Shown here: positions 1 to 9,423 of the stretch, in pieces | How positions within the stretch are numbered: the stretch's first letter is position 1 | Layout: every line of letters begins with the position of its first letter | Origin: an uncultured Holophagae bacterium | GTDB lineage: Bacteria > Acidobacteriota > Thermoanaerobaculia > Thermoanaerobaculales > Sulfomarinibacteraceae | Direction of reading: 5' to 3' | NCBI GenBank assembly: GCA_963797055.1 | Contig: CAWCOD010000011.1 | Location: 37,538-101,537 of the forward strand | Length of the DNA: 64,000 nucleotides | Program-made: the position numbers and the translations under genes | The notes under the pieces: model-generated | Databases searched by the model: none | What the model was told of the DNA's origin: nothing | Seen by the model: only the letters and a program-made list of their open reading frames with translations

Positions 1-2271
1 GGCCTGGATCGCCAGGCTCAGCGCCTGGTTGAGCGGCGCCAGCGCATCGGACGGATTGCCGCTCCGGATCAGCACCCGTCCCTGGGCGAGGTTGGCGGTG
101 ATGTTGCGTGGATCGGCTTCCAGCGTGACCCGCAGATGCTCCAGCGCGTCGTCGTAGGAGCCGTCGGCCTCATACAGCGCGGCCAGCTCGGCGTGCAGCT
201 CGGGGTCGTTGGGGTGCATCCGCAGCAGATTCTGGTAGGCGTCGAGCCCGGCCTCGAAGTCGCCCTGGAGCAGCGCGTCCTGGGCGAGGATCATGAACCG
301 CTCGGCGTCGGGCAGCCCGTCGGCCAGCTCCACCGCGCGGCGCGAGGTGTCGTCGGCCTTCTGATTCCGGCCCAGGGTGTCGTAGCTCGACGCCAGCTTG
401 GCGTGGGCGAGGGCGAAGTCTGGATCGGCCTCGACCGCGGTCTCGAAGCTCGTCACCGCGTCCAGGTTGTTGCCCTCACGGAGCTGGGCCAGACCCTCGT
501 TGTAGCGCCTCAGCGCTGTCACCGACTCGGACGACGGCAGGAAGGCCTGCTGCTCGAGCTCACGCCGGCCGGCGCGGGACAAGGCCAGCGAGCCCCGCAC
601 CTCTTCGGCGAGGCCGTTGACCGCCTCCAGAAGTTCGTCCTCGCTGGCGGCCTCGGCCTTCAGGGTCACGGTGTTGTGGCGCTCGAAGTCGCGCACGGTG
701 GCGTCGATGCGGATCGTGTCGCCGAGCTGGGCGAACTGACCCCACACCAGGGTGTCGGCGTTGCCGAACTCGGCCACGCGACGCAGCGTCACCTCCTCCA
801 TGGAGTCATCGGCCGACAGCCGAAGGTCCGAGAGGATCTGGTGGAGGCGATCCGACGACACGGTGCGCAGGCTGGCCGACTGGCCCACATCGGTGCGCAG
901 CATCTCGGCGAGACCGTCCGACAGCCAGTCGAGATCGGCGTCGCCCGAGGCGTTCTTGAAGGGCAGAATGGCCAGCGACACGGCGTCGGCCGAGGGCGCC
1001 GGAACCCCGGCGGCGGCCGCACCCTCGGGTGAGGGTTCTCCCTCCGGCCACAGCAGCACCCCGGCCGTGACCAGCGCCACCACGGCCAGCACCGCGCCGC
1101 CGATCAATCCGTACTTGAGGCGTTTGCCGCCGGCGGTGGTGGTGGGCCGCACCGCCATCATGGTGGGGCCCATGGTCATCTGGGTGCCGCCGCCGCGCCA
1201 AGCGCCGACATCCTGCAGAATCTCACGCGCCGACTGGTAACGTTTATGGGGTTGGATCTCGAGACAGCGGCGGATGATGTCGCCCACATATGGCGGCAGG
1301 TCGGGGTTGAGATCGCGCACCGGCTTCGCCTTCTCCTGGGTGCGCTTGAACATGGTGGCCATGGGGGTGTCGCCGGTGTAGGGCAGGGTGCCGGTCAGAA
1401 GCTCGAAGAGGATGATGCCCAGCGCGAAGATGTCGGTGCGTGCGTCCACCTGCTCGCCCTTGACCTGTTCAGGCGACATGTAGTCGGGTGTGCCCAGCAG
1501 CGCGCCGGTCTGGGTCATGGAGGAATCCTGCAGCGAGCGGGCGATACCGAAGTCCATCACCACCACCCGGCCGTCGGCGGCGATCATCACGTTCTGCGGT
1601 TTGAGGTCGCGGTGGACCACTCCCTCCTGATGGGCGGCGTCCAGGGCCAGGCAGATCTGCTCCACCACCAAGGATGCGTCCTCCACCGACATGGGTCCGC
1701 TCTCGCGGATCATGGCGGTGAGGTCCTTGCCCTCGATGAACTCCATGGAGATGAACTTGATGCCCTCGGCCTGGCCGAGATCGTAGATCCGCACGACGTT
1801 GCGGTGGGTGATCTCACGCGCCAGGATGATCTCCTGCTTGAAACGCGCCAGAACCTCCTCGTCGGCCTCGAACTCGGGCCGGATCACCTTGAGGGCCACA
1901 TCCCGGTCCAGCTCCAGGTCACGGGCCTTGTAGACCGCACCCATGCCGCCGATTCCGATCCGGTTGTCGATCCGGTATCGGCCGCCGAGCACCGCGCCGC
2001 GGTCGAAGATGCCCGGCTGGCCACCCGGAGACTGAGGCACGGACGGCGCCGGGGTGCCCTCGGTAATCCCCTCGCCATCCACCTTGTCGTCGAGGGCGGG
2101 CATGGCGTCGGTGGGCCAGTCGTCGAACTCGTCGCCGGTGAGGATCACCGTCTGAGAATCCTCCACCGAAAGCATGACGGTGCCATCGTCCTCCATGAGG
2201 TCCGCCCCGCACTCGACGCACAGCTGTGCATCCGCGGTGTTGGGCGTCTGGCATTTCGGACACTCGATCAT
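1..2271 (-). CDS. Ser/Thr protein kinase with N-terminal zinc ribbon, TM segment and C-terminal TPR repeats (3' end runs off the window)
   Basis: Manual minus-strand translation from ATG 2271: MIECPKCQTPNTADAQLCVECG, then IGIGGMGAVYKA, VVHRDLKPQNVM, DFGIAR, GTPDYMSPEQ, a hydrophobic TM and TPR-like helices. Absent from the ORF track because there is no stop in the window. Confidence 0.92.
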   Translation of the reverse strand, partial: MIECPKCQTPNTADAQLCVECGADLMEDDGTVMLSVEDSQTVILTGDEFDDWPTDAMPALDDKVDGEGITEGTPAPSVPQSPGGQPGIFDRGAVLGGRYRIDNRIGIGGMGAVYKARDLELDRDVALKVIRPEFEADEEVLARFKQEIILAREITHRNVVRIYDLGQAEGIKFISMEFIEGKDLTAMIRESGPMSVEDASLVVEQICLALDAAHQEGVVHRDLKPQNVMIAADGRVVVMDFGIARSLQDSSMTQTGALLGTPDYMSPEQVKGEQVDARTDIFALGIILFELLTGTLPYTGDTPMATMFKRTQEKAKPVRDLNPDLPPYVGDIIRRCLEIQPHKRYQSAREILQDVGAWRGGGTQMTMGPTMMAVRPTTTAGGKRLKYGLIGGAVLAVVALVTAGVLLWPEGEPSPEGAAAAGVPAPSADAVSLAILPFKNASGDADLDWLSDGLAEMLRTDVGQSASLRTVSSDRLHQILSDLRLSADDSMEEVTLRRVAEFGNADTLVWGQFAQLGDTIRIDATVRDFERHNTVTLKAEAASEDELLEAVNGLAEEVRGSLALSRAGRRELEQQAFLPSSESVTALRRYNEGLAQLREGNNLDAVTSFETAVEADPDFALAHAKLASSYDTLGRNQKADDTSRRAVELADGLPDAERFMILAQDALLQGDFEAGLDAYQNLLRMHPNDPELHAELAALYEADGSYDDALEHLRVTLEADPRNITANLAQGRVLIRSGNPSDALAPLNQALSLAIQA

Positions 2272-2395
2272 GGGGGCCAATGCACGCTCCCGGAGAGTAA
2301 TTCTCAGCTATAACGCATCAGTCTAGCACGCGTATTGTTGCATTTCCGTGTCGTGAATGCCTCCACAACCGGGTTCGAACGGCTATGATCGGGCC

Positions 2396-2911
2396 ATGCC
2401 GCGCAACGTGGAAATCAAGGCACGCGTACCCGATCCGGAACGGCTCAGAGGAGTGGTCGCCGACCTCGCCGACGGCCCAACCGAGCAGCTGCGACAGCAG
2501 GACACCTTCTTTGTCTGCGAGGAAGGCCGACTCAAGCTCCGCCAGTTCTCGGACGGCTCAGGGGAGCTGATCTATTATCAGCGGCCCGATGCCACCGGGC
2601 CCTCCGAATCCCGCTTCTCCAAGACCCCGGTGGACGAACCGATCACGATGCTCACCGTCCTCGGCGACGCCCTCGGCATCACCGGCGTGGTCCGCAAACG
2701 CCGCGACGTCTACCTGGTGGGCCAAACCAGAGTCCATCTCGACGAGGTGGAGGACCTGGGCAGCTTCCTCGAACTGGAGGTGGTGCTCAAGGACCATCAA
2801 ACGGCGGCCGACGGCGACGCCGTCGCTCGCAGCCTCATGGAACAACTGGGCATCGGCGACGATGACCTCATCGATGTGGCGTATGTGGATTTGTTGGAGG
2901 CTGGCGGTTAG
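2396..2911 (+). CDS. CYTH-domain protein (class IV adenylate cyclase / triphosphatase family)
   Basis: MPRNVEIKAR (ExK), QQDTFF, RLKLR, HLDEVEDLGSFLELEVV motifs. Start trimmed to ATG 2396. Confidence 0.88.
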   Translation: MPRNVEIKARVPDPERLRGVVADLADGPTEQLRQQDTFFVCEEGRLKLRQFSDGSGELIYYQRPDATGPSESRFSKTPVDEPITMLTVLGDALGITGVVRKRRDVYLVGQTRVHLDEVEDLGSFLELEVVLKDHQTAADGDAVARSLMEQLGIGDDDLIDVAYVDLLEAGG

Positions 2912-2935
2912 AGCCCCGTCCGCCCGGTAAGGCTT

Positions 2936-3109
2936 TGTAGCACGGCCGTCTCGGCTGCAGAGACACCGAAGAATTTTGAATTCTCAAGTTTGAATTCTGA
3001 ATTCCACCCACCCGGAAGAGGTGGGGTGGGAACTCAACACTGAGAATTTAGAATTAAGAACTCAGAACTCAGCACCGTCCAGTTGCAGGCCAAAGGCCCG
3101 CTCCACAAC
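2936..3109. repeat. Nested palindromic element, copy 1: REP-like ends enclosing inverted 7-mer tracts around a CCACCCACCCGG core
   Basis: Collinear with 6578-6752: tgtagcacggccgtctcggctgca, (GAATTYT)n, core, inverted 7-mers, gcaggccaaaggcccgctccacaa. Confidence 0.85.
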
Positions 3110-3113
3110 ACAA

Positions 3114-3144
3114 GAAAACGGCCGCCCGAGGGCGGCCGTTTTTC
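3114..3144. terminator. Bidirectional intrinsic terminator
   Basis: AAAACGGCCGCCC-ga-GGGCGGCCGTTTTT perfect stem with A/T tails, between convergent genes. Confidence 0.85.
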
Positions 3145-3159
3145 GCAGATTATCTCGTC

Positions 3160-5478
3160 TCAGAAGTGGAGTACCAGCTCCGCGCCGATGGTCCGGGGTT
3201 CGTTCAGCATCCCGGTGAGGTTGTTGAAGTCGATGGCGCCGCGGTTGATCTTCGTATCGAAGAGATTGCGGCTGAACAGCGCCACCTCGTGCTTGCCGCG
3301 AGCAAAGGCGTAGCCGATCCTGAGACCAACCTCGAAGCTGTCGGCCTTGAACTCCGCCGCCTCATACAGTGTGAACTGCTTCTCCGAGTAGTATGCCCAG
3401 TCCAGGGAGGCAAAAAACTTCTTGTAGGTCGGTGAGGACCGCCAGTTGATGATGCCGTTGAAGATCCAGTCCGGCGCGTGGGGCAGGCTGTTGCCGTCGA
3501 TATAGGCGAGACCGTCCACCACCGGGTCGAGCACCGTGCAGCCGCCGCCGCAGGGGGCCACCGTGAGGTTCGGATCCTTGATCTTGGTGGGGTTGTAGGA
3601 CAGACCGAAGGTGGTCAGGAAGTGGGCCGACGGCGTCCACTCGATATCGGTTTCAAAGCCGTAGCCCTCGGTCGTGTCCACGTTGAGCAGGGTAGCGATG
3701 TTGTACTCGCCGCCCACAGCCGAGACCTGCTGGCCGTCCATCTCGAAGTAGTAGCCGGTGAGGTTGAAGCGCAGCTTGTTCTGGGCCAGGATGGTTCGGA
3801 GGCCGAGCTCGGCCGAGATGATCTCCTCGGAATCAGCCACGGTGACGCAGTTGGTGGCGGGGTTGAGGCCGAACTCGAAATCCGCACAGAACAGGATCCG
3901 ACCCTGGATCGACGGCGCCCGGTAACCGGTGGCGAGCCGGCCGTAGATGTTGACGTTGGGATTGGCGGCATAGGTGAGGCTGAGATTCCAGCTGACGTTG
4001 TCGTCGTCCACCGACTCGGTGATCGGCCCATCGGTGGGCGTCTGGAAGGTCGGCCAGGGCCGCTCAGCCTCAAAGTCGCGCTCGTCGTGGGAGTAGCGGA
4101 GGCCGGCCACCGCGTTCCACTTGGCCGACAGTTGGAAGTCCAGCGAACCGAAGAAGGCGTAGGAGGTGGAATCCTGCTTCTGGAAGGCGAAGCCGTCTTG
4201 CGGGTTGCCCTCATCCAGCGAGTTGTAGCTGTAGGAGTCGACCTGCAGGTCCTCGTTGAACCAGAAGCCGCCCAACAGCCAGTTGACTTTCTCGCCCGAG
4301 GTGCTGTGGAGCCGGAGTTCCTGGGTCCACTGGTCGAGGTAGGGGATGCCGTCCGCCGACTCCGAATTGAAGGGAATGAAGCCGGGGCCATAGTTGCCCT
4401 CGCCGAGGAACGCGGCGCCGTAGCCGCCGTCGATGTCGCCGCGGCTGTACATGTCGTCGAGGCTCTCGTAGCCGGTGATGGAGGTGAGGGTGACGTCCTC
4501 CCACTTGTACTCCATCCGAACCAGGCCGCCGAGCGAGCTGGCTTCCTGCTTGTTCAACCCGTCGTAATAGACCTCGTCCCACTCGAGCGAGTCCACCAGA
4601 TTGTTGGTGCCCTGCTCGATGATGTTGGCGCGGAAGAGACGGGCGGTGCCGTCGATCTCCCAGCCGTGAACGTTGACGAGCGCGTCAAATCGCTCCGACG
4701 GCTCCCACAGGAGCTGCAGCCGCCAGGCGGTATTGTCGTATCCGCCGAGGGCGTCGTTCTCGCCGGTGTAGAGGTTGTCCACCCAGTCGCTGCGGCTCTG
4801 GTAGAGGAAGGAGGCGCGGGCCGAGAAGTGTTTGCCCAGCGGCCCTCCCACCGCGCCGGTCAGGTCCACGGTATCGTAGGTGCCGTAGGACATCCGCGCG
4901 AAGGCGTCGAACTCACGGGTGGGTTTGCGGGTCTCGAACTTGACCACGCCCGCTGTGGTATTGCGGCCGAAGAGGGTGCCCTGCGGTCCGCGCAGCACCT
5001 CGACCCGGTCGAGATCGAAAAGGGGCTGTGCCTTGACCATCGGGTTCTCGAGGACGATTTCGTCCACCACCATGGACACCGGCTGCGACGCGTTGAGATC
5101 GAAGTCCGAGTTGCCGAGGCCGCGGATGTAGAACCGCGGGAAGACCTTGCCGAAGGACGATTCGAGGATCAGGCTGGGCACTCGGGCGGACAGGATCCGC
5201 ACGTCCGGCGAGCCCGCGGAGATGACCTCGAGGTCCTCGCCCGAGAGGGTCGAGACCGACATCGGCACGTCCTGGATGTCCTGCTCGATCTTCTGGGCGG
5301 TCACGGTGATCTCGCCGACCATGGCCTCCCACTCAGGGGGAATATCGCCCTCCTCTTCCATCGTGGTGTCCGTCTCGTCAGCGGGAACATCCTGCGCATA
5401 AGAAAGGCCGCCGAAGGCGACCAGAAGCAGGGCAAATACCGCGATACTCAAAAGGCGCCCGAGTGTTGCGTGTGCCAT
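3160..5478 (-). CDS. TonB-dependent outer-membrane receptor
   Basis: Signal peptide, EITVTAQK TonB-box-like segment, plug motif RVEVLRGPQGTLFGRNTTAGVV, C-terminal Phe. Confidence 0.95.
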   Translation of the reverse strand: MAHATLGRLLSIAVFALLLVAFGGLSYAQDVPADETDTTMEEEGDIPPEWEAMVGEITVTAQKIEQDIQDVPMSVSTLSGEDLEVISAGSPDVRILSARVPSLILESSFGKVFPRFYIRGLGNSDFDLNASQPVSMVVDEIVLENPMVKAQPLFDLDRVEVLRGPQGTLFGRNTTAGVVKFETRKPTREFDAFARMSYGTYDTVDLTGAVGGPLGKHFSARASFLYQSRSDWVDNLYTGENDALGGYDNTAWRLQLLWEPSERFDALVNVHGWEIDGTARLFRANIIEQGTNNLVDSLEWDEVYYDGLNKQEASSLGGLVRMEYKWEDVTLTSITGYESLDDMYSRGDIDGGYGAAFLGEGNYGPGFIPFNSESADGIPYLDQWTQELRLHSTSGEKVNWLLGGFWFNEDLQVDSYSYNSLDEGNPQDGFAFQKQDSTSYAFFGSLDFQLSAKWNAVAGLRYSHDERDFEAERPWPTFQTPTDGPITESVDDDNVSWNLSLTYAANPNVNIYGRLATGYRAPSIQGRILFCADFEFGLNPATNCVTVADSEEIISAELGLRTILAQNKLRFNLTGYYFEMDGQQVSAVGGEYNIATLLNVDTTEGYGFETDIEWTPSAHFLTTFGLSYNPTKIKDPNLTVAPCGGGCTVLDPVVDGLAYIDGNSLPHAPDWIFNGIINWRSSPTYKKFFASLDWAYYSEKQFTLYEAAEFKADSFEVGLRIGYAFARGKHEVALFSRNLFDTKINRGAIDFNNLTGMLNEPRTIGAELVLHF

Positions 5479-5620
5479 GGGTTCCTCCCCCCAAGATTGT
5501 GATTAACTCGCCACGAAGAATAGCAGTCCATTCGGCCGGGCGCCACCTGATCTTGGGGGTGCGAAGTCGGCGTGAAGAGAGCCGATATCAGTATCGATCT
5601 CGCCCCCTGAAAACGCGACA

Positions 5621-5713
5621 CGAGTTCCGAGTTCCGAGTTTCGCATTGGACGGCTGGTGTTTTTCGAATTTCGCATTTCACATTTCGAAATTGCCGGGCG
5701 GGTGGCTGGCGGG
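5621..5713. repeat. 7-mer tandem tracts (CGAGTTC/CGAATTT/CGCATTT) next to a reverse CCACCCGCCCGG core
   Basis: cgagttccgagttccgagtttcgcatt and ttcgaatttcgcatttcacatttcgaaatt, followed by ccgggcgggtgg. Confidence 0.7.
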
Positions 5714-5794
5714 CCCCCATGTAGAATGACGGCCGCAGAAGACAATGCCGCTGAGGGCTCTTCCGATCGGTGTGCGGCGGAAAACGGAGCATCC

Positions 5795-6505
5795 ATGGCC
5801 ACCAAACACATGAACGCCAACCCCGGGAACTTTGCGGCGACCGTCCTGATGCCGGGTGATCCGCTGCGAGCCAAATACATCGCCGAAACCTTCTTCACCA
5901 ATCCTCGCCAGGTCACCGACGTCCGCAACATGCTCGGGTTCACCGGGGAGTACGAGGGTGTGCCGGTGTCGGTCATGGCCCACGGCATGGGCATCCCGTC
6001 GGTCTCCATCTACGTCACCGAGTTGATCCGGGACTACGGGGTCCGGAAGATCATCCGGGTAGGCAGCTGCGGCACGGTCCATCCTTCGGTCCGGCTGCGC
6101 GACATCATCATCGCCATGGCGGCCTCCACCGACTCGGGGGTGAACCGGATGCGCTTCGCCGGCCACGATCTGGCCGCCGTCGCCGACTTCGGATTGCTCC
6201 GAAGCGCGGTGCGCGCCGCCGAGCGACACGACATCCGATTCCACGTCGGCAACATCTTCTCCGCCGACCTGTTCTACCCGGCGCAGCCCGAGATCTTCGA
6301 TTTGATGGAACGCTACGACATCCTCGCCGTGGAAATGGAGACCGCGGGGCTATACACCTTGGCCGCCGAGCATGGCGTCCAGGCACTGGCCATCTGCACG
6401 GTGTCGGACCACATCCGCACCGGCGAGGCGCTGTCGTCCGATGAGCGCCAGACGACCTTCGACGAGATGATCTCGTTGGCCCTGGGCGCCGCGATCGGCG
6501 TTTAG
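5795..6505 (+). CDS. deoD: Purine-nucleoside phosphorylase DeoD
   Basis: [49 protein letters not shown] 5795 with GGAG RBS. Confidence 0.96.
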   Translation: MATKHMNANPGNFAATVLMPGDPLRAKYIAETFFTNPRQVTDVRNMLGFTGEYEGVPVSVMAHGMGIPSVSIYVTELIRDYGVRKIIRVGSCGTVHPSVRLRDIIIAMAASTDSGVNRMRFAGHDLAAVADFGLLRSAVRAAERHDIRFHVGNIFSADLFYPAQPEIFDLMERYDILAVEMETAGLYTLAAEHGVQALAICTVSDHIRTGEALSSDERQTTFDEMISLALGAAIGV

Positions 6506-6506
6506 A

Positions 6507-6562
6507 CCCACAGATCACACAGATCCTCCGAGTCACGGCGCCGCCGCTCGCTCAGGATGACA
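6507..6562. repeat. CCCACAGATCACACAGAT motif fused to a reverse TGTCATCCTGAGCGAG..GGATCT REP-like palindrome
   Basis: The 18-mer recurs exactly at 38548-38565. The 16-mer recurs inverted at 9307-9322. Confidence 0.75.
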
Positions 6563-6577
6563 GGGGGTGGCGGGCTG

Positions 6578-6752
6578 TTGTGGAGCCACCGTCCCGGCTG
6601 CACGGCACCGCGGAATTTTGAATTCTGAATTTTGAGTTCTGAGTTCCAGCCACCCATCCGTTACAGGCGGGGTTGGGTGGGAATTCAACACTGAGAATTG
6701 AGAACCAAGAACTCCGCGCTCTCCGGTCGCAGGCCGGAGGCCCGCTCCACAA
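6578..6752. repeat. Nested palindromic element, copy 2
   Basis: Same order of parts as 2936-3109. Confidence 0.85.
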
Positions 6753-6829
6753 TGCCTTGTCCGGATGGACGGGCCTCTTCGTGCTTCATCGGCGATGTAG
6801 GGTATTCTCACCGCAGTCGTGAGGATCAA

Positions 6830-7453
6830 ATGACCTATCGAATCGTCGACAACTACCACCGCCAGCGGCACTTTGATTTCTTCCGCTCCTATGGCAACCC
6901 GTTCTACGCCGTCACCGTGGAACTCGACATCACCAATCTCAAGGCCTTCACCGATGCCGCTGGATACCCTATCTATCTCAACCTGTGCTACTTCTTCACC
7001 CGCGGCATGCAACCGGTTGAGGACTTCAGGTACCGCTTGCGCGACGGTGGAATCGTCCTTTATGACCGGCTCGAGGTGGCCGCGACCCTGCCGTCGCCCG
7101 ATGGGCTGTTCAGCTTCGGTTACTTCGGCTACGACGATGACTGCGCGAGTTTCAACCGTCGAGCCGAGGAGGTCAACGCCGCGATCCGACGACGGACCAC
7201 CCTCGCTCAATCCGACGAGACCAATCAGATTCTGTACACCAGCCTCCCCGCGGTCCGTTTCACCGGCTTCACCCACGCCACTCCGGAGGACACAACGGAC
7301 GGTCGGCCGCGGGTGGCTTTTGGTCGCTTCTTCAACAGGGACGGCCGGCTGATGGTCCCGGTGGGTCTCGAGGTCAACCACATCTTCATCGACGGCAACA
7401 CCGTGGGTGAACTCCTGGAGGAGGTCCAGAGTGTCTACGATGACCCGAGTTGA
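6830..7453 (+). CDS. Chloramphenicol acetyltransferase (CatA)-like acyltransferase
   Basis: RQRHFDFF, TVELDIT, SLPAVRFTGF, PRVAFGRF, VNHIFIDG (catalytic HxxxDG). GAGG RBS before ATG 6830. Confidence 0.85.
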   Translation: MTYRIVDNYHRQRHFDFFRSYGNPFYAVTVELDITNLKAFTDAAGYPIYLNLCYFFTRGMQPVEDFRYRLRDGGIVLYDRLEVAATLPSPDGLFSFGYFGYDDDCASFNRRAEEVNAAIRRRTTLAQSDETNQILYTSLPAVRFTGFTHATPEDTTDGRPRVAFGRFFNRDGRLMVPVGLEVNHIFIDGNTVGELLEEVQSVYDDPS

Positions 7454-7874
7454 AGCCGAGATCCAGGAGGTCGTCGATCGAGAGACTCGGGCCTGGGACA
7501 CCCAGGACGTGAATCTCTTGATGACGATCTTCCACCCCGACATGGTGTGGCCCTGGCCCCCAAACGCCCGGGCGCACGATCCCATGGAATGGCAGTTGGA
7601 GATCGGCCGGTTCGATGCCGATCGCTGGCGGGAAGGATGGCAGCGGCTGTTCGACAGTCACGAGCTGGTTCGGAATCAGAGAGAAACGCTGAAGATCGTG
7701 GTCTCGGAGCAGGGCGACGGCGCATTCGCGGTGGTGGATGTGGACACGTTATGGCGAGCATCCGACGGCACCGATTTCCTCTGGTGCGGCCGGGCGTGCA
7801 AGATCTACACGAAGATGCAGACCGGTTGGAAGCTCATCGCCCACACCGGCCTACTGGAATACTCCGTCGAATGA
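7440..7874 (+). CDS. NTF2/SnoaL-like fold protein
   Basis: ETRAWDTQDVNLLMTIFHPDMVW .. GWKLIAHTG pattern. Overlaps the upstream stop. Confidence 0.8.
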   Translation: MTRVEAEIQEVVDRETRAWDTQDVNLLMTIFHPDMVWPWPPNARAHDPMEWQLEIGRFDADRWREGWQRLFDSHELVRNQRETLKIVVSEQGDGAFAVVDVDTLWRASDGTDFLWCGRACKIYTKMQTGWKLIAHTGLLEYSVE

Positions 7875-8617
7875 AGCATCCGTCACCCGTCACCGCGATC
7901 CTGTGGGACTTCGACGGCACCCTGGTGGACACCTGCGCCAAGAACATGCGGGTGAACAGGCGTATCATCGAGGAGGTCACCGGCAGGCAGGCTGCCGATT
8001 TCGACGTCATGAGTTCCCAGACAATCTATGACCGTGCGCAACGGATCTCGGTCAACTGGCGTGAGTTCTACCGCCTCCACTTCGGTCTGTCCGAAGGGGA
8101 AACCGACCGCGCCGGCGCCCGCTGGACTCCATATCAGCTGGCCGACGAGACGCCTACCCCGCCGCTGAGAGGCATCCCCGAGGCCCTCGGCCTCTTCGAC
8201 GGCATTCCCCAGGGCGTAGTGTCGCAGAATTGCAGCTCGAACATCGCCGCGACCCTGTCCGGCCATGGGCTCGCGGAGTATTTCAGGTGCATCATCGGCT
8301 ACAACGAGGTGGCAAACCTCCAGCAGAAACCGGCTCCCGATGGCCTGCTGCTGGCCATCGAGGAGTTGACTGCCTTCACCTCCGGGGTGGTGATCTACGT
8401 GGGCGACCACGAGACCGATCTGAAAACGGTGAACAACGCCAACCGGGCGCTTCAGGATAGCGATCTTCCCGTCACCGTGGTGTCGGTGGCGGCACTTTAC
8501 GGCATGCACGGTGTGGACGAGAGCTGGACTGATCAGGCGGACTTCCGCGCCGAGGCGCCGCAGGCCCTGGTCGAAATCGTGCGGCGACTGGGTGAGGGAT
8601 CGGGGAGCACAAGATAG
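7871..8617 (+). CDS. HAD-superfamily hydrolase (phosphoglycolate phosphatase-like)
   Basis: Motif I WDFDGTLVDT, KPAPDG, YVGDHETD. ATGA coupling at 7871. Confidence 0.9.
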   Translation: MKHPSPVTAILWDFDGTLVDTCAKNMRVNRRIIEEVTGRQAADFDVMSSQTIYDRAQRISVNWREFYRLHFGLSEGETDRAGARWTPYQLADETPTPPLRGIPEALGLFDGIPQGVVSQNCSSNIAATLSGHGLAEYFRCIIGYNEVANLQQKPAPDGLLLAIEELTAFTSGVVIYVGDHETDLKTVNNANRALQDSDLPVTVVSVAALYGMHGVDESWTDQADFRAEAPQALVEIVRRLGEGSGSTR

Positions 8618-8641
8618 AGAGAGAGGCCGGCGCCTTTGTGG

Positions 8642-8850
8642 CGCGGCCGTCGCCCCAATGCGCTCCCCCGCGGTTACTCGCGGCCTTCCAGTTCCGCCCT
8701 TCGGGCTTCGCCGTGACAGGTCGGCAGCGGTGACCAGCCGTCACCAGCGAGCATGTCGGTGCCAGGCACCGCCGCAGATGTGTCGACCTCGTACTACGAC
8801 TCGATTTCGACGGTGCCTGGCACCGGCCCACGCGTTCGCAATGCGCCCGA
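8642..8850. repeat. Composite intergenic repeat (GCGCTCCCC module, inserted CTTCGCCGTGACA module, GGTGACCAGCCGTCACC palindrome, paired GGTGCCWGGCACC palindromes)
   Basis: Modules shared with 22541-22666, 25075-25430 and 43130-43715. Confidence 0.88.
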
Positions 8851-8897
8851 GGACCGTGATTCTTTGATCGCGCGTGGTGTGAGCTATGCTCTCGGTC

Positions 8898-9287
8898 ATG
8901 GACCCGAAAAGCCCGAACTGCCCGAACTGCGGGGCACCGTTGGTCGTGCCCATGGGCGAGACCGAAGTCCCGTGCGAGTACTGCAGCTCCCTGCTGCGTT
9001 TTGTCCCCGGAGCCGAAGAGCTGGAGGTGGTCCGCACCCGCGAGGAGATGAAACACCGCGAACGGGTGGCGGTCCAGAAACAGATCCTGCGCAACCGGCT
9101 CGAACAGGAGGAGATGGACCGTTGGCGTCAGACCGCCGCCCGCGTGGCCATCGCCGCGGTGCCCATCGTTGGTCGGACCGCCAGCCGAGCCGCTTTCGAT
9201 TCGGCCCTTCGCCACGGCGGAGGATGCACGGGTTGTGGGTGTCTTGGGCTGATCGGCCTGGTCGCCGGGCTGATTGCGTTGGTTTGA
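8898..9287 (+). CDS. Small zinc-ribbon protein with C-terminal membrane anchor
   Basis: CPNCGAPL..CEYC, charged helix, GCTGCGC plus hydrophobic tail. Confidence 0.75.
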   Translation: MDPKSPNCPNCGAPLVVPMGETEVPCEYCSSLLRFVPGAEELEVVRTREEMKHRERVAVQKQILRNRLEQEEMDRWRQTAARVAIAAVPIVGRTASRAAFDSALRHGGGCTGCGCLGLIGLVAGLIALV

Positions 9288-9306
9288 TCCCCCAGCCGCC
9301 CCGGTT

Positions 9307-9340
9307 TGTCATCCTGAGCGAGGACCGAGTTAAAGGATCT
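9307..9340. repeat. REP-like palindrome TGTCATCCTGAGCGAG..GGATCT
   Basis: 16-bp exact inverted match to 6547-6562. Confidence 0.7.
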
Positions 9341-9423
9341 GGGCGGGGGAGACACCCGAATACGGAAAGCGAAATCTAGAGATTGTTCGAACGCTCTTGT
9401 TTCTCCGGACGTTTCCTTGTTCC

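Noticed and set aside
136-2313. Plus-strand ORFs 136-1032 and 1246-2313, and similar long antisense ORFs (3478-5502, 47971-49680, 52439-53374)
   Set aside because: Shadow frames of recognisable opposite-strand genes in GC-rich DNA.
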